Notes under the pieces: model-generated
Seen by the model: only the letters and a program-made list of their open reading frames with translations
The model's database searches: none
Told to the model about the DNA's origin: nothing
NCBI GenBank assembly: GCA_963820025.1
Contig: CAWFYL010000007.1
Location: 798,693 to 862,692 of the forward strand
Origin: an uncultured Acidimicrobiia bacterium
GTDB lineage: Bacteria; Actinomycetota; Acidimicrobiia; IMCC26256; JAENVU01
DNA length: 64,000 nt
Reading direction: 5' to 3'
Position numbers and translations under genes: made by a program
Shown: positions 49,151 to 58,144 of the stretch, in pieces
Layout of the letters: the number at the start of each line of letters is the position of its first letter
How positions within the stretch are numbered: the stretch's first letter is position 1

Positions 49151-49792
49151 TCAGCGCCGCGCGGTGGTAGCGGACGACCCGAAGAGCGCGGCGAGGGTCA
49201 CGGAGGCGAGGGTGTCGATCATCTCCTCGCGCGAGATCTGCACCTGACGGGAGAGCACGTAGTAGTTGCAGCGCTCGATCATGGCCACGAGTGCGATGGA
49301 GGCGACCACCGGGTCGAGGTCGGCCGGCGCGGCCTGGCGGACCCGGTCGAGCAGGACCCGGGTGAACTCGGTGAGCACGTCAGTGCCCATGCGCCCGAAC
49401 TCGCTCGCCCCGATCTCGGCCTCGGTCCAGGCCCGGATCACCGGCCCGTAGTGCTCGTAGACGTCCGCGAACGACCCGAGCCAGACCCGCAACGCCTTCG
49501 AGCCCGCGGCGCCCGGGGTGACCGCCGGCATCGCGTCGGCGAGGGTCCGCATCTCGGTGGCCACCTCCTCGGCGAGGGCCCGGAACAGGTCCTCCTTGTT
49601 CCCGAAGTACAGGTAGAAGGTGCCGTGGGACGTCTTGGCGCCCTTGACGATGTCGTCGACCCGGGCCGAGTGGTAGCCGCGCTTGGCGAAGACCTCGACA
49701 CCCGCGTCGAGGAGGCGCTGCCTGGTGCGCTGCCCCCGTGCCCGGAGCTCCCGCCGCGGTGAGCCGGCAGCAGTCTGGCGACGGCGCGGCAT
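49151..49792 (-). CDS. TetR/AcrR family transcriptional regulator
   Basis: N-terminal HTH (RLLDAGVEVFAKRGYHSARVDDIVKGAKTSHGTFYLYF). The start may be internal to the ORF. Confidence 0.9.
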   Translation of the reverse strand: MPRRRQTAAGSPRRELRARGQRTRQRLLDAGVEVFAKRGYHSARVDDIVKGAKTSHGTFYLYFGNKEDLFRALAEEVATEMRTLADAMPAVTPGAAGSKALRVWLGSFADVYEHYGPVIRAWTEAEIGASEFGRMGTDVLTEFTRVLLDRVRQAAPADLDPVVASIALVAMIERCNYYVLSRQVQISREEMIDTLASVTLAALFGSSATTARR

Positions 49793-49812
49793 CCCGGCAG
49801 GCTAGGCGGAGT

Positions 49813-49826
49813 TGACACCCGTGTCA
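49813..49826. promoter_or_regulatory. palindrome TGACAC-cc-GTGTCA in the TetR/MaoC divergent region; candidate TetR operator
   Basis: 6-bp arms with a 2-nt spacer, 21 nt upstream of the TetR ORF start and 63 nt upstream of the MaoC GTG. Confidence 0.35.
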
Positions 49827-49888
49827 CCTTTCTGGCGGCCTCGGATAGTCTCGGCCGGCCCCACCGCCGCCAGCCCGAGGAGACGCGC

Positions 49889-50332
49889 GTGAGCCCCACC
49901 GCCAGCACGACGGCCGCCCCCAGGTTCGCCGACCTGAGCGTCGGGCAGGACGCCCCGCCGCTCGTGGTCGAGAACCTCAGCCGCACCCACTTCGTCCGCT
50001 ACGCCGGGGCGAGCGGCGACTTCAACCCGATGCACCACGACGACACCATCGCGACCCAGGTCGGCAACCCGTCGGTGTTCGGCCACGGCATGCTCACCGC
50101 CGGCCTGATGGCCCGCGTGGTGAAGGACTGGCTCGGTCCGGAGTCGATCCGCCGGATCAACGTCCGATTCGCCAAGCAGGTGTGGCCGGGTGAGACCCTG
50201 ACGTTCGCGGCGAAGGTCACGAAGCTGGAGCCCGCGGGCTCCGGCGGGCTGGTCGACCTGGACCTGTCGGCGACGAACCAGGACGGCGAGGAGAAGCTGA
50301 CCGGGACCGCGACCGCGGCCGTCGCGCAGTAG
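49889..50332 (+). CDS. MaoC-like dehydratase (hotdog fold)
   Basis: YAGASGDFNPMHHDDTIA and FGHGML motifs; GTG after GAGGAG. Confidence 0.85.
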   Translation: MSPTASTTAAPRFADLSVGQDAPPLVVENLSRTHFVRYAGASGDFNPMHHDDTIATQVGNPSVFGHGMLTAGLMARVVKDWLGPESIRRINVRFAKQVWPGETLTFAAKVTKLEPAGSGGLVDLDLSATNQDGEEKLTGTATAAVAQ

Positions 50333-50390
50333 GCGGGCGGCGCGGCCGCACCGAGCACCGAGTCGAGCACCGAGGAGCGGAGCAACGCAG

Positions 50391-51287
50391 ATGGGGATCA
50401 TGGATGGACGGGTGGCGGTCGTCACCGGGTCGGGTCGCGGCATCGGGCGCGAGTTCGCGCTGAGCATGGCCCGGGAAGGCGCGAGCGTGGTCATCAACGA
50501 CGTCGGGGTCAGCCTCGACGGCCAGGGCACGGAGGACGATCCGGCCGCCCAGACGTGCAAGGACATCGAGGCGCTCGGCGCGCGGGCGGTGCCGAACTAC
50601 GACTCGGTGAGCGACTTCGAGGGCGCGGGCCGGATCATCGACACTGCGGTCAACGAGTTCGGCAAGATCGACATCCTCGTCAACAATGCCGGGATCGTCC
50701 GCGACCGCTCGCTCGTCAAGATGAGCGAGGAGGACTTCGACGCGGTCGTCGCGGTGCACATGAAGGGCACGTTCAACTGCGCCCGCCACGCCGCGCCGTA
50801 CATGAAGGATGCGGGCTACGGCCGGATCATCAACGTCACGTCCCAGGCCGGGCTGCGGGGCAACTTCGGCCAGACGAACTACGGCGCGGCGAAGGCCGCG
50901 ATCATGGGGATGACGTTCGTGTGGGCGATCGAGTTGGGCAAGTACGGCATCACGGTGAACGCGATGTCGCCCGCCGGGGCGACCCGCATGACCGCGAGCC
51001 TCTTCGAGCGGACCGGCACCGAACCGCCCCCCGAGTCGAACCCGGCGCTCAACGCGCCGATCGTCACGTTCCTCGCGTCCGAGCGGGCGGCGCACGTCAA
51101 CGGCCAGATCGTCGGGCGCACCGACTTCGCCTACACGATCTACCAGACGCCCAAGCAGATCGGGTTCATGTGGCGCGACGGGGGCTGGGACGTGGACGGG
51201 GTCGTCGACAACTTCGACAGCATCCTCGGCCAGCACATGCAGCCCGTCGGCATGACGATGCCCGGCGGCATGGAGTTCAAGAAGTAG
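50391..51287 (+). CDS. SDR family oxidoreductase (3-hydroxyacyl-CoA dehydrogenase / MFE-2 N-terminal-domain-like)
   Basis: VAVVTGSGRGIGREFA, NNAGI and YGAAKAAIMG. Confidence 0.85.
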   Translation: MGIMDGRVAVVTGSGRGIGREFALSMAREGASVVINDVGVSLDGQGTEDDPAAQTCKDIEALGARAVPNYDSVSDFEGAGRIIDTAVNEFGKIDILVNNAGIVRDRSLVKMSEEDFDAVVAVHMKGTFNCARHAAPYMKDAGYGRIINVTSQAGLRGNFGQTNYGAAKAAIMGMTFVWAIELGKYGITVNAMSPAGATRMTASLFERTGTEPPPESNPALNAPIVTFLASERAAHVNGQIVGRTDFAYTIYQTPKQIGFMWRDGGWDVDGVVDNFDSILGQHMQPVGMTMPGGMEFKK

Positions 51288-52201
51288 TGCCCGTCCGGGT
51301 CCTCAACGAGCTCGGCGCGCGGATCGGCGATCGGATCCGCACGGCGGTGGCGGAGGCCGACGTGGTGGACCTCGGACCGGACTCCGACCCGGCGACGACC
51401 ACCGGTGACGTGCTGTTCGGCGGCTGGGGGCCTCGCAGCTACGAGTACGACGTCCCGTGGGTGCAGCTGAGCGGCACCGGGGTCGACAAGGTCCCGCCGG
51501 AGCTGCTGCGCGGGCGGGTGGTGACGTGCGCGCGGGGCGCGAGCGCGGTGCCCATCTCCGAGTTCGTGCTCGGGGCGATGCTCGCGTTCGAGAAGCGGTT
51601 TCCGGACGTCTGGATCCACGAGCCGCCGGAGCACTGGAACTTCGCCCGACTCGGCGGCCTCAAGGACCGGACCGTCGGGATCGTGGGGTTCGGCGGCATC
51701 GGCGTCGCGGTGGCGCAGCGCGCGCTGCCGTTCGGCACGCGTGTCATCGCCCACCGCCGGACCGAGGCGCCGAGCCCACTCGAGGGGGTCGAGATGAGCA
51801 CCTCGCTCGACGCCGTGCTCGAGAGCGCGGACCACCTCGTCCTCGCGGTCCCGCTCACCGCGCGCACCGAGCACCTTCTCGACGCCGACGCGTTCGCGAA
51901 CGTGAAGCCCGGCGTCCACCTCGTCAACATCGCCCGGGGTCGGCTCGTCGACCAGGATGCGTTGCGGGTCGCGCTCGACGACGACCGGGTCGCGATGGCA
52001 ACGCTCGACACCGTCGACCCGGAGCCGCTCCCGGCCGGCCACTGGCTCTACGGCCACCCGAAGGTGCGGCTGAGCGCGCACATCTCGTGGGCGTCGCACC
52101 TCGGGATGGACAGCACCGTCGACCTCTTCGTCGAGAACCTCCGCCGGCACCTGGAGGGCGAGCCGCTGCACGACGTCGTCGACCCCGCCGAGGGCTACTA
52201 G
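51287..52201 (+). CDS. D-isomer-specific 2-hydroxyacid dehydrogenase family protein
   Basis: GIVGFGGIGVAVAQRA NAD-binding motif, NIARG, and an H in SAHISWAS. GTG 51287 overlaps the preceding TAG. Confidence 0.8.
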   Translation: MPVRVLNELGARIGDRIRTAVAEADVVDLGPDSDPATTTGDVLFGGWGPRSYEYDVPWVQLSGTGVDKVPPELLRGRVVTCARGASAVPISEFVLGAMLAFEKRFPDVWIHEPPEHWNFARLGGLKDRTVGIVGFGGIGVAVAQRALPFGTRVIAHRRTEAPSPLEGVEMSTSLDAVLESADHLVLAVPLTARTEHLLDADAFANVKPGVHLVNIARGRLVDQDALRVALDDDRVAMATLDTVDPEPLPAGHWLYGHPKVRLSAHISWASHLGMDSTVDLFVENLRRHLEGEPLHDVVDPAEGY

Positions 52202-52217
52202 CCCGCGCCCTCTGTTT

Positions 52218-52252
52218 GTTGCAGATCCGTCGTACTACGACCGATCTGCAAC
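52218..52252. terminator. 35-nt near-perfect palindrome between convergent genes (bidirectional terminator candidate)
   Basis: GTTGCAGATC-c-GTCGTA-c-TACGAC-c-GATCTGCAAC: 16 of 17 arm positions pair. Confidence 0.6.
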
Positions 52253-52298
52253 CGACGGGTGGGACGGGATCCGGCTGAGGGTGCTTGACCGGTCGCGG

Positions 52299-52907
52299 TC
52301 ACTTCCATGGCATGCCGTAGCGGTCGCGGTGGGTGTGGGCGGCGAACGGCTCCCGCCGGGACGGCCCCAGGGGCTTCGCGGGGACGCCGAGCGGCACGAC
52401 CGCGACCGGGACGATCTCGGGGGGCAGGCCGACCGCGTCGCGCAGCTCGTCGGCGAAGGCGGTGGCGATCGTCGTGAGCGCGGAGCCGAGCCCGACCGCG
52501 CCCGCGGCGAGCAGCAGGTTCTGCAGGGCCGGGAAGATCGATGACGGCACGGTCGCGGGCAGGCAGCGCGAGGTGTCCGCGGCGACGACGACGAGGACGG
52601 GCGCCGCGCTGATCGAGCCGGTCGCGCCGCGGTCGACGTCCGCGAGGAGCTCGGGGGAGAGCCGGCGCTCGGAGTGGGCCCGGCCGTGCTGCTCCCACGC
52701 CCGCTTCATGAGCTCGCCGATGCGATCGCGCAACACCGGGTCGCGCACGACGACGAACTCCCACGGCTGCCGGTTCTCGGCGCTGGGCGCGTACGTCGCG
52801 GCTTCGAGCACCCGCCCGATGAGCGCGTCCGACACCGGCTCGTCCGAGAACGTCCGGCAGGCCCGCTGCGCGCGGGCGACGGAGAAGAAGTCGGTGACCG
52901 CGGTCAC
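52299..52907 (-). CDS. nitroreductase family protein
   Basis: RACRTFSDEPV...APSAENRQPWEFVVV is the classic nitroreductase N-terminus. Confidence 0.85.
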   Translation of the reverse strand: MTAVTDFFSVARAQRACRTFSDEPVSDALIGRVLEAATYAPSAENRQPWEFVVVRDPVLRDRIGELMKRAWEQHGRAHSERRLSPELLADVDRGATGSISAAPVLVVVAADTSRCLPATVPSSIFPALQNLLLAAGAVGLGSALTTIATAFADELRDAVGLPPEIVPVAVVPLGVPAKPLGPSRREPFAAHTHRDRYGMPWK

Positions 52908-53513
52908 GGGAACCGTTCCCCGACCCGTCGGAAAGTGTTGACGTACATGATGCGCAGCTCCGGGTGGACGGCCCAGTGGTCGAACGCGGGCGTGCCGGCC
53001 TCACCGAGGAGCTGCGCGACGAGCGGGGTCATGGCCTGGAACGAGGCCTCGGGCTCCTCGGTGTCCATCTCGTAGAGGTGGAGGTAGCGGGGGTCGCCGC
53101 CGTGCGCGTGCTCGTACGGCGTGATCATCCCGTAGCCCGGCACCGCGACCTCGGCGATGTGGCGGAGGTGGACGAAGTCGGCCCAGTCCCGCAGCGCCCG
53201 GGCCCCGTCGGGCGAGCGGGGCGAGATGAGGACGAGCGAGAGCCCGATCGTCGGCTTGCCCGGTGAGCCGTCCCTGCCCGGGCCGGCCGGTCCGGCGGAA
53301 GTGGAGGCCGGCCGCGAGCTCGGTCGGGGGCGGCGGCGCGAAGCTGTCGTCGACCTCGTAGACCGCGAGGTACGAGAACTCGGGCAGCTTGCGGGGAAGG
53401 TCGTCGCGGTCGCGCCGGCAGTTCTCCCACCAGGTCGCGCGCTCGACCCCCGCGGCCGCCAGCAGGCCGGGCACGCGCCCCTCGACGTAGGCGTCCAGCG
53501 GGCCGTCGGTCAT
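52904..53513 (-). pseudogene. conserved hypothetical protein (two ferredoxin-like/EthD-like halves?); single frameshift at the ccc run 53259-53261
   Basis: MTDGPLDAYVEGRVPGLL...SYLAVYEVDD is in the frame of ORF 53001..55019. KPTIGLSLVLISP...VPGYGMITPYEHAHGGDPRYLHLYEMD is in the frame of ORF 52904..53143. The start is either 53513 or 53573. Confidence 0.55.
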
Positions 53514-53582
53514 CTCGAGGTACAGGCCCGCACCGGTCCGGTCTTCCACTCGGCCGATCCTACGGCGGGCCATGATCGGAGG

Positions 53583-55013
53583 ATGCCGCCCGGGGTCCCA
53601 CCGCTCGACGACGGCGGTGTCTTCGCGCCGGCGCGGCGGGCGCTGACGGCCGGGCTCGTGCTCACGATCACCCTGGTCGGCTTCGAGGCGCTCGCGGTGG
53701 CGACCGTCCTGCCGGTCGTCGAACGGGACCTCGGCGACCTGGCCCTCTACGGGTGGGTGTTCAGCGCGTACCTCCTGGCCAGCCTGGTCGGTACCGTCGT
53801 CGCCGGTCGTGAGGCGGATCGCCGAGGTCCGGGGCCGCCGTTCGTCGCCGGGTGCGTGCTGTTCGCGGCCGGGCTCGTCGCCGCGGGCCTGGCGCCGTCG
53901 ATGCCGCTGCTGGTGCTCGCTCGCGTCGTGCAGGGCCTCGGCGCGGGGGTCGTCCCCGCGGTTGCGTACGCGGTGATCGGGCGGTGCTACCCGGCGGCGG
54001 TCCGGCCCCGGATGTTCGCGGTGCTCTCCACCGCTTGGGTCGTGCCCGCGCTGGCCGGACCCGCGCTCGCCGGCGTGGTCGCGCACGGCCTCGGGTGGCG
54101 CTGGGTCTTCCTCGGACTCGTCCCGCTCGTCGGCGTCGCGGCGGCGATGACCCTGCCCGCGCTGTTCCGGGTCGGGCCCGCACCGCAGACCGAGGCGGAT
54201 GCGTCCGACCTCCCCGACGTGCCCGACGGCGCACGCACGAGCGACGCGGTACTCGTGGCCGTCGGTGCCGGGCTGGTGATCGGCGGGTTGACCGCGAGCG
54301 AGATCCCGTGGCTCATGCCCGTGCTGATCCTCCTCGGCGCGCTGGTCGGCGCGCGCCCGTTCGTGCGGCTCGTCCCGGCCGGGACGCTGCGGGCCCGGGC
54401 CGGCCTCCCCGCCGACGTGCTGGCGCGAGGCGTGCTGACGTTCGCCTTCTTCGGGACCGATGCGTTCGTCCCGCTCGTGATCCAGAACGTCCGGCACGAG
54501 TCGGTGACCTACACCGGCGTCGTGCTGACCGCTTCGACGCTGTCGTGGACCGCGGCCGCGTGGGTGCAGCAGCACTTCGTGCACCGGCGCGGACCCCGGT
54601 TCTTCGTGCGGCTCGGGTTCGGGTTGATCGCGGTGGGGATCGCGGGCGTCGCAGCCGGGCTCTCGACCTCGGTCCCGGTCGGGACGATCGTCGTGAGCTG
54701 GAGCATCGGCGCCTCCGGGATGGGCTGCGCGTACGCACCCCTCTCGCTCGTCATGCTCGACGCGGCCGAACCGGGCCGCGAGGGCGCCGCGAGCGCGTCG
54801 CTCCAGCTCTCCGACCAGCTCGGGTTCGCGCTCGGGACCGGCGTCGCCGGGGCGGCGGTCGCGCTCGGGGAGGTGTCGGGCTGGGTCGAGTCGTCGAGCC
54901 TCCTGCTCGGCGCCGCGATCACCGGCACCGTCGCCGTGCTCGGGCTGGTCCTGGCCCGGCGCCTCCCGCCCCGGCTCCGGCAGGTGGATGCGGCCGCCCC
55001 GGCCGGGCCCTGA
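53583..55013 (+). CDS. MFS transporter (12-TM type)
   Basis: ATG 53583 after GGAGG within ORF 53157..55013. The GREADRRG loop motif lies between TM2 and TM3. Confidence 0.85.
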   Translation: MPPGVPPLDDGGVFAPARRALTAGLVLTITLVGFEALAVATVLPVVERDLGDLALYGWVFSAYLLASLVGTVVAGREADRRGPGPPFVAGCVLFAAGLVAAGLAPSMPLLVLARVVQGLGAGVVPAVAYAVIGRCYPAAVRPRMFAVLSTAWVVPALAGPALAGVVAHGLGWRWVFLGLVPLVGVAAAMTLPALFRVGPAPQTEADASDLPDVPDGARTSDAVLVAVGAGLVIGGLTASEIPWLMPVLILLGALVGARPFVRLVPAGTLRARAGLPADVLARGVLTFAFFGTDAFVPLVIQNVRHESVTYTGVVLTASTLSWTAAAWVQQHFVHRRGPRFFVRLGFGLIAVGIAGVAAGLSTSVPVGTIVVSWSIGASGMGCAYAPLSLVMLDAAEPGREGAASASLQLSDQLGFALGTGVAGAAVALGEVSGWVESSSLLLGAAITGTVAVLGLVLARRLPPRLRQVDAAAPAGP

Positions 55014-55093
55014 GCCCACCCGGGGCGGTCGCTAGTCTCCCGGGGCCGTTTTCCGACGGTTCTGATGCGTGGGATGCCGACTCCGAGGTGACG

Positions 55094-56326
55094 ATGACAG
55101 CGACCAGCGGACTGCTCGAGGGCGTGCGGATCGTCGAGGTCTCGATGCTCGGACCGGCCGCGATCACGACCGCGCTCGCCGACCTCGGGGCCGAGGTGAT
55201 CAAGGTGGAGACGCCCGCCGGGGACTACGTGCGCCAGATGACGTGGCCGATCGTCGAGGGGGTGTCGCTGATGCACCTGCACGTGAACCGGGGCAAGCAC
55301 AGCGTCGTGATCGACCTCCGCACCGAGGAGGGCGTGGCGCTGTTCCTGGATCTCGTGCGCGAGTCCGACGTCGTGGTCGAGGCCATGCGGCCGGGCGGGC
55401 TGGCCCGGCGCGGCCTCGGCTTCGAACGCCTGCGCGAGGTCAACCCCCGCATCGTGCAGTGCACGATCTCCGGGTACGGCGCGACGGGACCGTACCGGAA
55501 CCTGGCCAGCCACGGGATCGCCTACGACGCGTGGGCCGGGATCTTCGCTCCCGAGGTCGACGCGAACGACCACCCGAGCATTCCCGACCACGTCTCGATC
55601 GGGATCAACGCGGGTCCGTTGTTCGGGGCGCTCGGCATCCTCGCCGCGATCATCCGGGCCCGGGCGACGGGCTACGGCGCGGAGCTCGAGCTCGCGCAGT
55701 CGGACGCCGCGGTTGCGTTCGACTGGTACCGGAGCGAGTCCTACCGCGCGTACGAGCGTCCCCAGTCCGAGGTGACGGGCAACAAGTCCGACGACTACGT
55801 GCGCCGGGAGCCGGCGATCGCAGGGATGCGCGGCGGGGTCCGGTACCAGGTCTACGAGTCGGCGGACGGCAACGTGCTGTTCATGGCCAGCGAGCAGCAC
55901 TTCTGGAAGAAGTTCGCCGAGGCGGTCGGGCGGCCCGAGCTCTTCGAGCGCTGGCCGGGCTCGCAGTACGGCGACCACGCGCGGGGCAACCTCGAGCTGC
56001 AGGACGAGCTCACCAAGATCTTCGCGACCCGGACGACCGCGGCGTGGGTGGAGTTCGGCATCGAGACCGACGTCCCGATCGCGCCGGTCAACACGCCCCA
56101 CTCCGTGCACGACGACCCGCAGTTCCGTGACCGCCTGAGCTGGTTCCCCTCCGACATGCTGGGCGCCGACCAGCTCCCGTTCCCGGTCAAGGTCGCGGGG
56201 GAGGAGCCGCTGGTGCCGACGAAGGCGCCCGAGGTCGGCGAGCACACCGACGCGGTGCTGCGCTCGGTGCTCGGCCTCGACGACGACCGCCTCGCGGCCC
56301 TCCGCGTGGCCGGCGCGATCACCTGA
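55094..56326 (+). CDS. CoA-transferase family III (CaiB/BaiF-like)
   Basis: GVRIVEVSMLGPAAITTALADLGAEVIKVE N-terminus and later G-rich loops. In frame inside run-through ORF 53852..56326; GTG 55088 is an alternative start. Confidence 0.85.
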   Translation: MTATSGLLEGVRIVEVSMLGPAAITTALADLGAEVIKVETPAGDYVRQMTWPIVEGVSLMHLHVNRGKHSVVIDLRTEEGVALFLDLVRESDVVVEAMRPGGLARRGLGFERLREVNPRIVQCTISGYGATGPYRNLASHGIAYDAWAGIFAPEVDANDHPSIPDHVSIGINAGPLFGALGILAAIIRARATGYGAELELAQSDAAVAFDWYRSESYRAYERPQSEVTGNKSDDYVRREPAIAGMRGGVRYQVYESADGNVLFMASEQHFWKKFAEAVGRPELFERWPGSQYGDHARGNLELQDELTKIFATRTTAAWVEFGIETDVPIAPVNTPHSVHDDPQFRDRLSWFPSDMLGADQLPFPVKVAGEEPLVPTKAPEVGEHTDAVLRSVLGLDDDRLAALRVAGAIT

Positions 56327-56340
56327 CCCCGTCCAACCCC

Positions 56341-56389
56341 GCCTCGGCGTCGCCGACGTGCCGGCTGGGCACCCTGACGACGCCAAGGC
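56341..56389 (+). repeat. repeat family C hairpin, copy 2 (terminator-like)
   Basis: GCCTCGGCGTCG...CGACGCCAAGGC starts 15 nt after the CoA-transferase stop. It has the same C.A mismatch as copy 1 and one compensatory pair change. Confidence 0.6.
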
Positions 56390-56413
56390 GGTCTGACCGG
56401 CCCGCGGCGTAGA

Positions 56414-58144
56414 GTGACGCCGATGTCAGGTTCGATCTCCCGGCCGCGGCGGGCCGCACCGGCTCCCGGCCAGGCCCCGCTCCCGGCTCCGAACGCCGCC
56501 GCGTTGCTGCGTCGCAACGCCGCCGATCCGGCCGTCGCGCCGCGTCCCGCCGTGCGGTTCGGCGACCGGGTGATCACCCACGCGGAGTACGTCGCGGAGT
56601 CGGCCCGGTGGGCCAACCTCTTCCTCGACCGTCTCCCCGCGGGCGCGCCGCCGCACGTGGCCGTGCTGCTCGACAACCTGCCCGAGTACCTCTTCGCGTT
56701 CGGCGGCGCCGCGCTGGCGGGCGCGGCCGTGGTCGGCCTCAACCACACCCGGCGCGGCGAGCACCTGCTGCGTGACATCGAGCACACCCACTGCGGGCTG
56801 GTGATCACCGAACCGAAGCACCAGGCGCTGCTGGCGCCGATCGCCGGCGATCTCCCGCCGGTGCTCGAGGTGGGTTCGACCCTCGAGCCCGCGCTCGCGG
56901 GCTCCGACACCACCGACCCCGGCCTCGAGCCGTCGGTCGACACGATCTGGGCGCTGATCTTCACGAGCGGGACCTCGGACTCGCCGAAGGCGGTGATCTG
57001 CACGCAGCGCCGCCTGCTCGTCACCGGGAACCGCATGGGCATCATCATGGACATCGGGCCGGACGACGTCGGCTATGTCTGCATGCCGCTGTTCCACTCG
57101 AACGCGGTGCAGGTCGGCTGGGCCCCGTCGATCGTGTACGGCGCGAGCGTCGGGCTGGCCCGCAAGTTCTCGGCGTCGGGCTGGCTGCCCGACGTCCGCC
57201 ACTACGGCGCTACGTACTTCAACTACACCGGTAAGCCCCTCGGCTACCTGCTCGCCCAGCCCGAGGGGCCCGACGACGCGGACAATCCGCTGCGGGTCGC
57301 CTTCGGCAACGAGGGCTCGCCGCAGGTCGTCGAGGAGTTCTCCCGCCGCTTCGGGGTCGAGGTCATCGACGCGTACGGCGCGACGGAAGGCGGCGTCGCG
57401 GTGAACCGCGACGCGGAGGAGCGGGCCGGTGCGCTCGGCCTCGTCGGCGCCGGGGTGAAGGTGGTCGACGAGGACGGCAACGAGAAGCCCCGGGCCCGCT
57501 TCGACGCGGCCGGCCGGCTGGCCAACGCCGACGAGTGCGTGGGCGAGATCGTGAACACCGCGGGGGTCGGCCCGTTCGAGGGCTACTACAACAACCCGGC
57601 CGCCACGGAGAAGACGACGCGGTTCGGCTGGTACTGGTCGGGCGACCTGGGGTACCTCGACGACGACGGCTACCTGTCCTTCGCGGGGCGCAACGCGGAC
57701 TGGATCCGGGTGGACGGCGAGAACTTCCCGGCCGGGCCGATCGAGGACGCGCTGCGCCACCATCCCGAGGTCGTGCTCAGCGCGGTGTACGGGGTGCCCG
57801 ACGCCGACGCGGGAGACCAGGTCATGGCCGGTCTCGTGCTGCGCGACGGCGCCACGTTCGATCCCGCGGGCTTCGCGTCCTGGGTCGACGGGCTCGCGGA
57901 CGTGGGCCCGAAGTGGCGCCCCCGCTACGTGCGGGTGCTGCACGATCCCCCCACGACCGGTACCAACAAGATCGTGAAGCGCACGCTGGTGCACCAGAAG
58001 TTCCGGCGCGACCGGGTCGGCGGCGACGAGGTGTTCGTGCGCGACCGCGGCGAGGACGTCTACCGCGCGCTCACGCCGGCCGCCGAGGACGCGCTCCACA
58101 CCGCGTTCGTCGTCGCCGGCCGCGAGCGGTTCTGGGACCTCTGA
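56414..58144 (+). CDS. acyl-CoA synthetase / AMP-dependent ligase (FadD-like)
   Basis: AMP-binding motif FTSGTSDSPKAV, later YWSGDLGY and KIVKRTL. The start is 56414 or 56423. Confidence 0.9.
   Translation: MTPMSGSISRPRRAAPAPGQAPLPAPNAAALLRRNAADPAVAPRPAVRFGDRVITHAEYVAESARWANLFLDRLPAGAPPHVAVLLDNLPEYLFAFGGAALAGAAVVGLNHTRRGEHLLRDIEHTHCGLVITEPKHQALLAPIAGDLPPVLEVGSTLEPALAGSDTTDPGLEPSVDTIWALIFTSGTSDSPKAVICTQRRLLVTGNRMGIIMDIGPDDVGYVCMPLFHSNAVQVGWAPSIVYGASVGLARKFSASGWLPDVRHYGATYFNYTGKPLGYLLAQPEGPDDADNPLRVAFGNEGSPQVVEEFSRRFGVEVIDAYGATEGGVAVNRDAEERAGALGLVGAGVKVVDEDGNEKPRARFDAAGRLANADECVGEIVNTAGVGPFEGYYNNPAATEKTTRFGWYWSGDLGYLDDDGYLSFAGRNADWIRVDGENFPAGPIEDALRHHPEVVLSAVYGVPDADAGDQVMAGLVLRDGATFDPAGFASWVDGLADVGPKWRPRYVRVLHDPPTTGTNKIVKRTLVHQKFRRDRVGGDEVFVRDRGEDVYRALTPAAEDALHTAFVVAGRERFWDL

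Noticed and set aside
49812-49849. TTGACA (49812-49817) as a -35 box for the MaoC operon
   Set aside because: There is no -10-like hexamer at 16-19 bp spacing; the nearest candidate (GATAGT) is 26 bp away.
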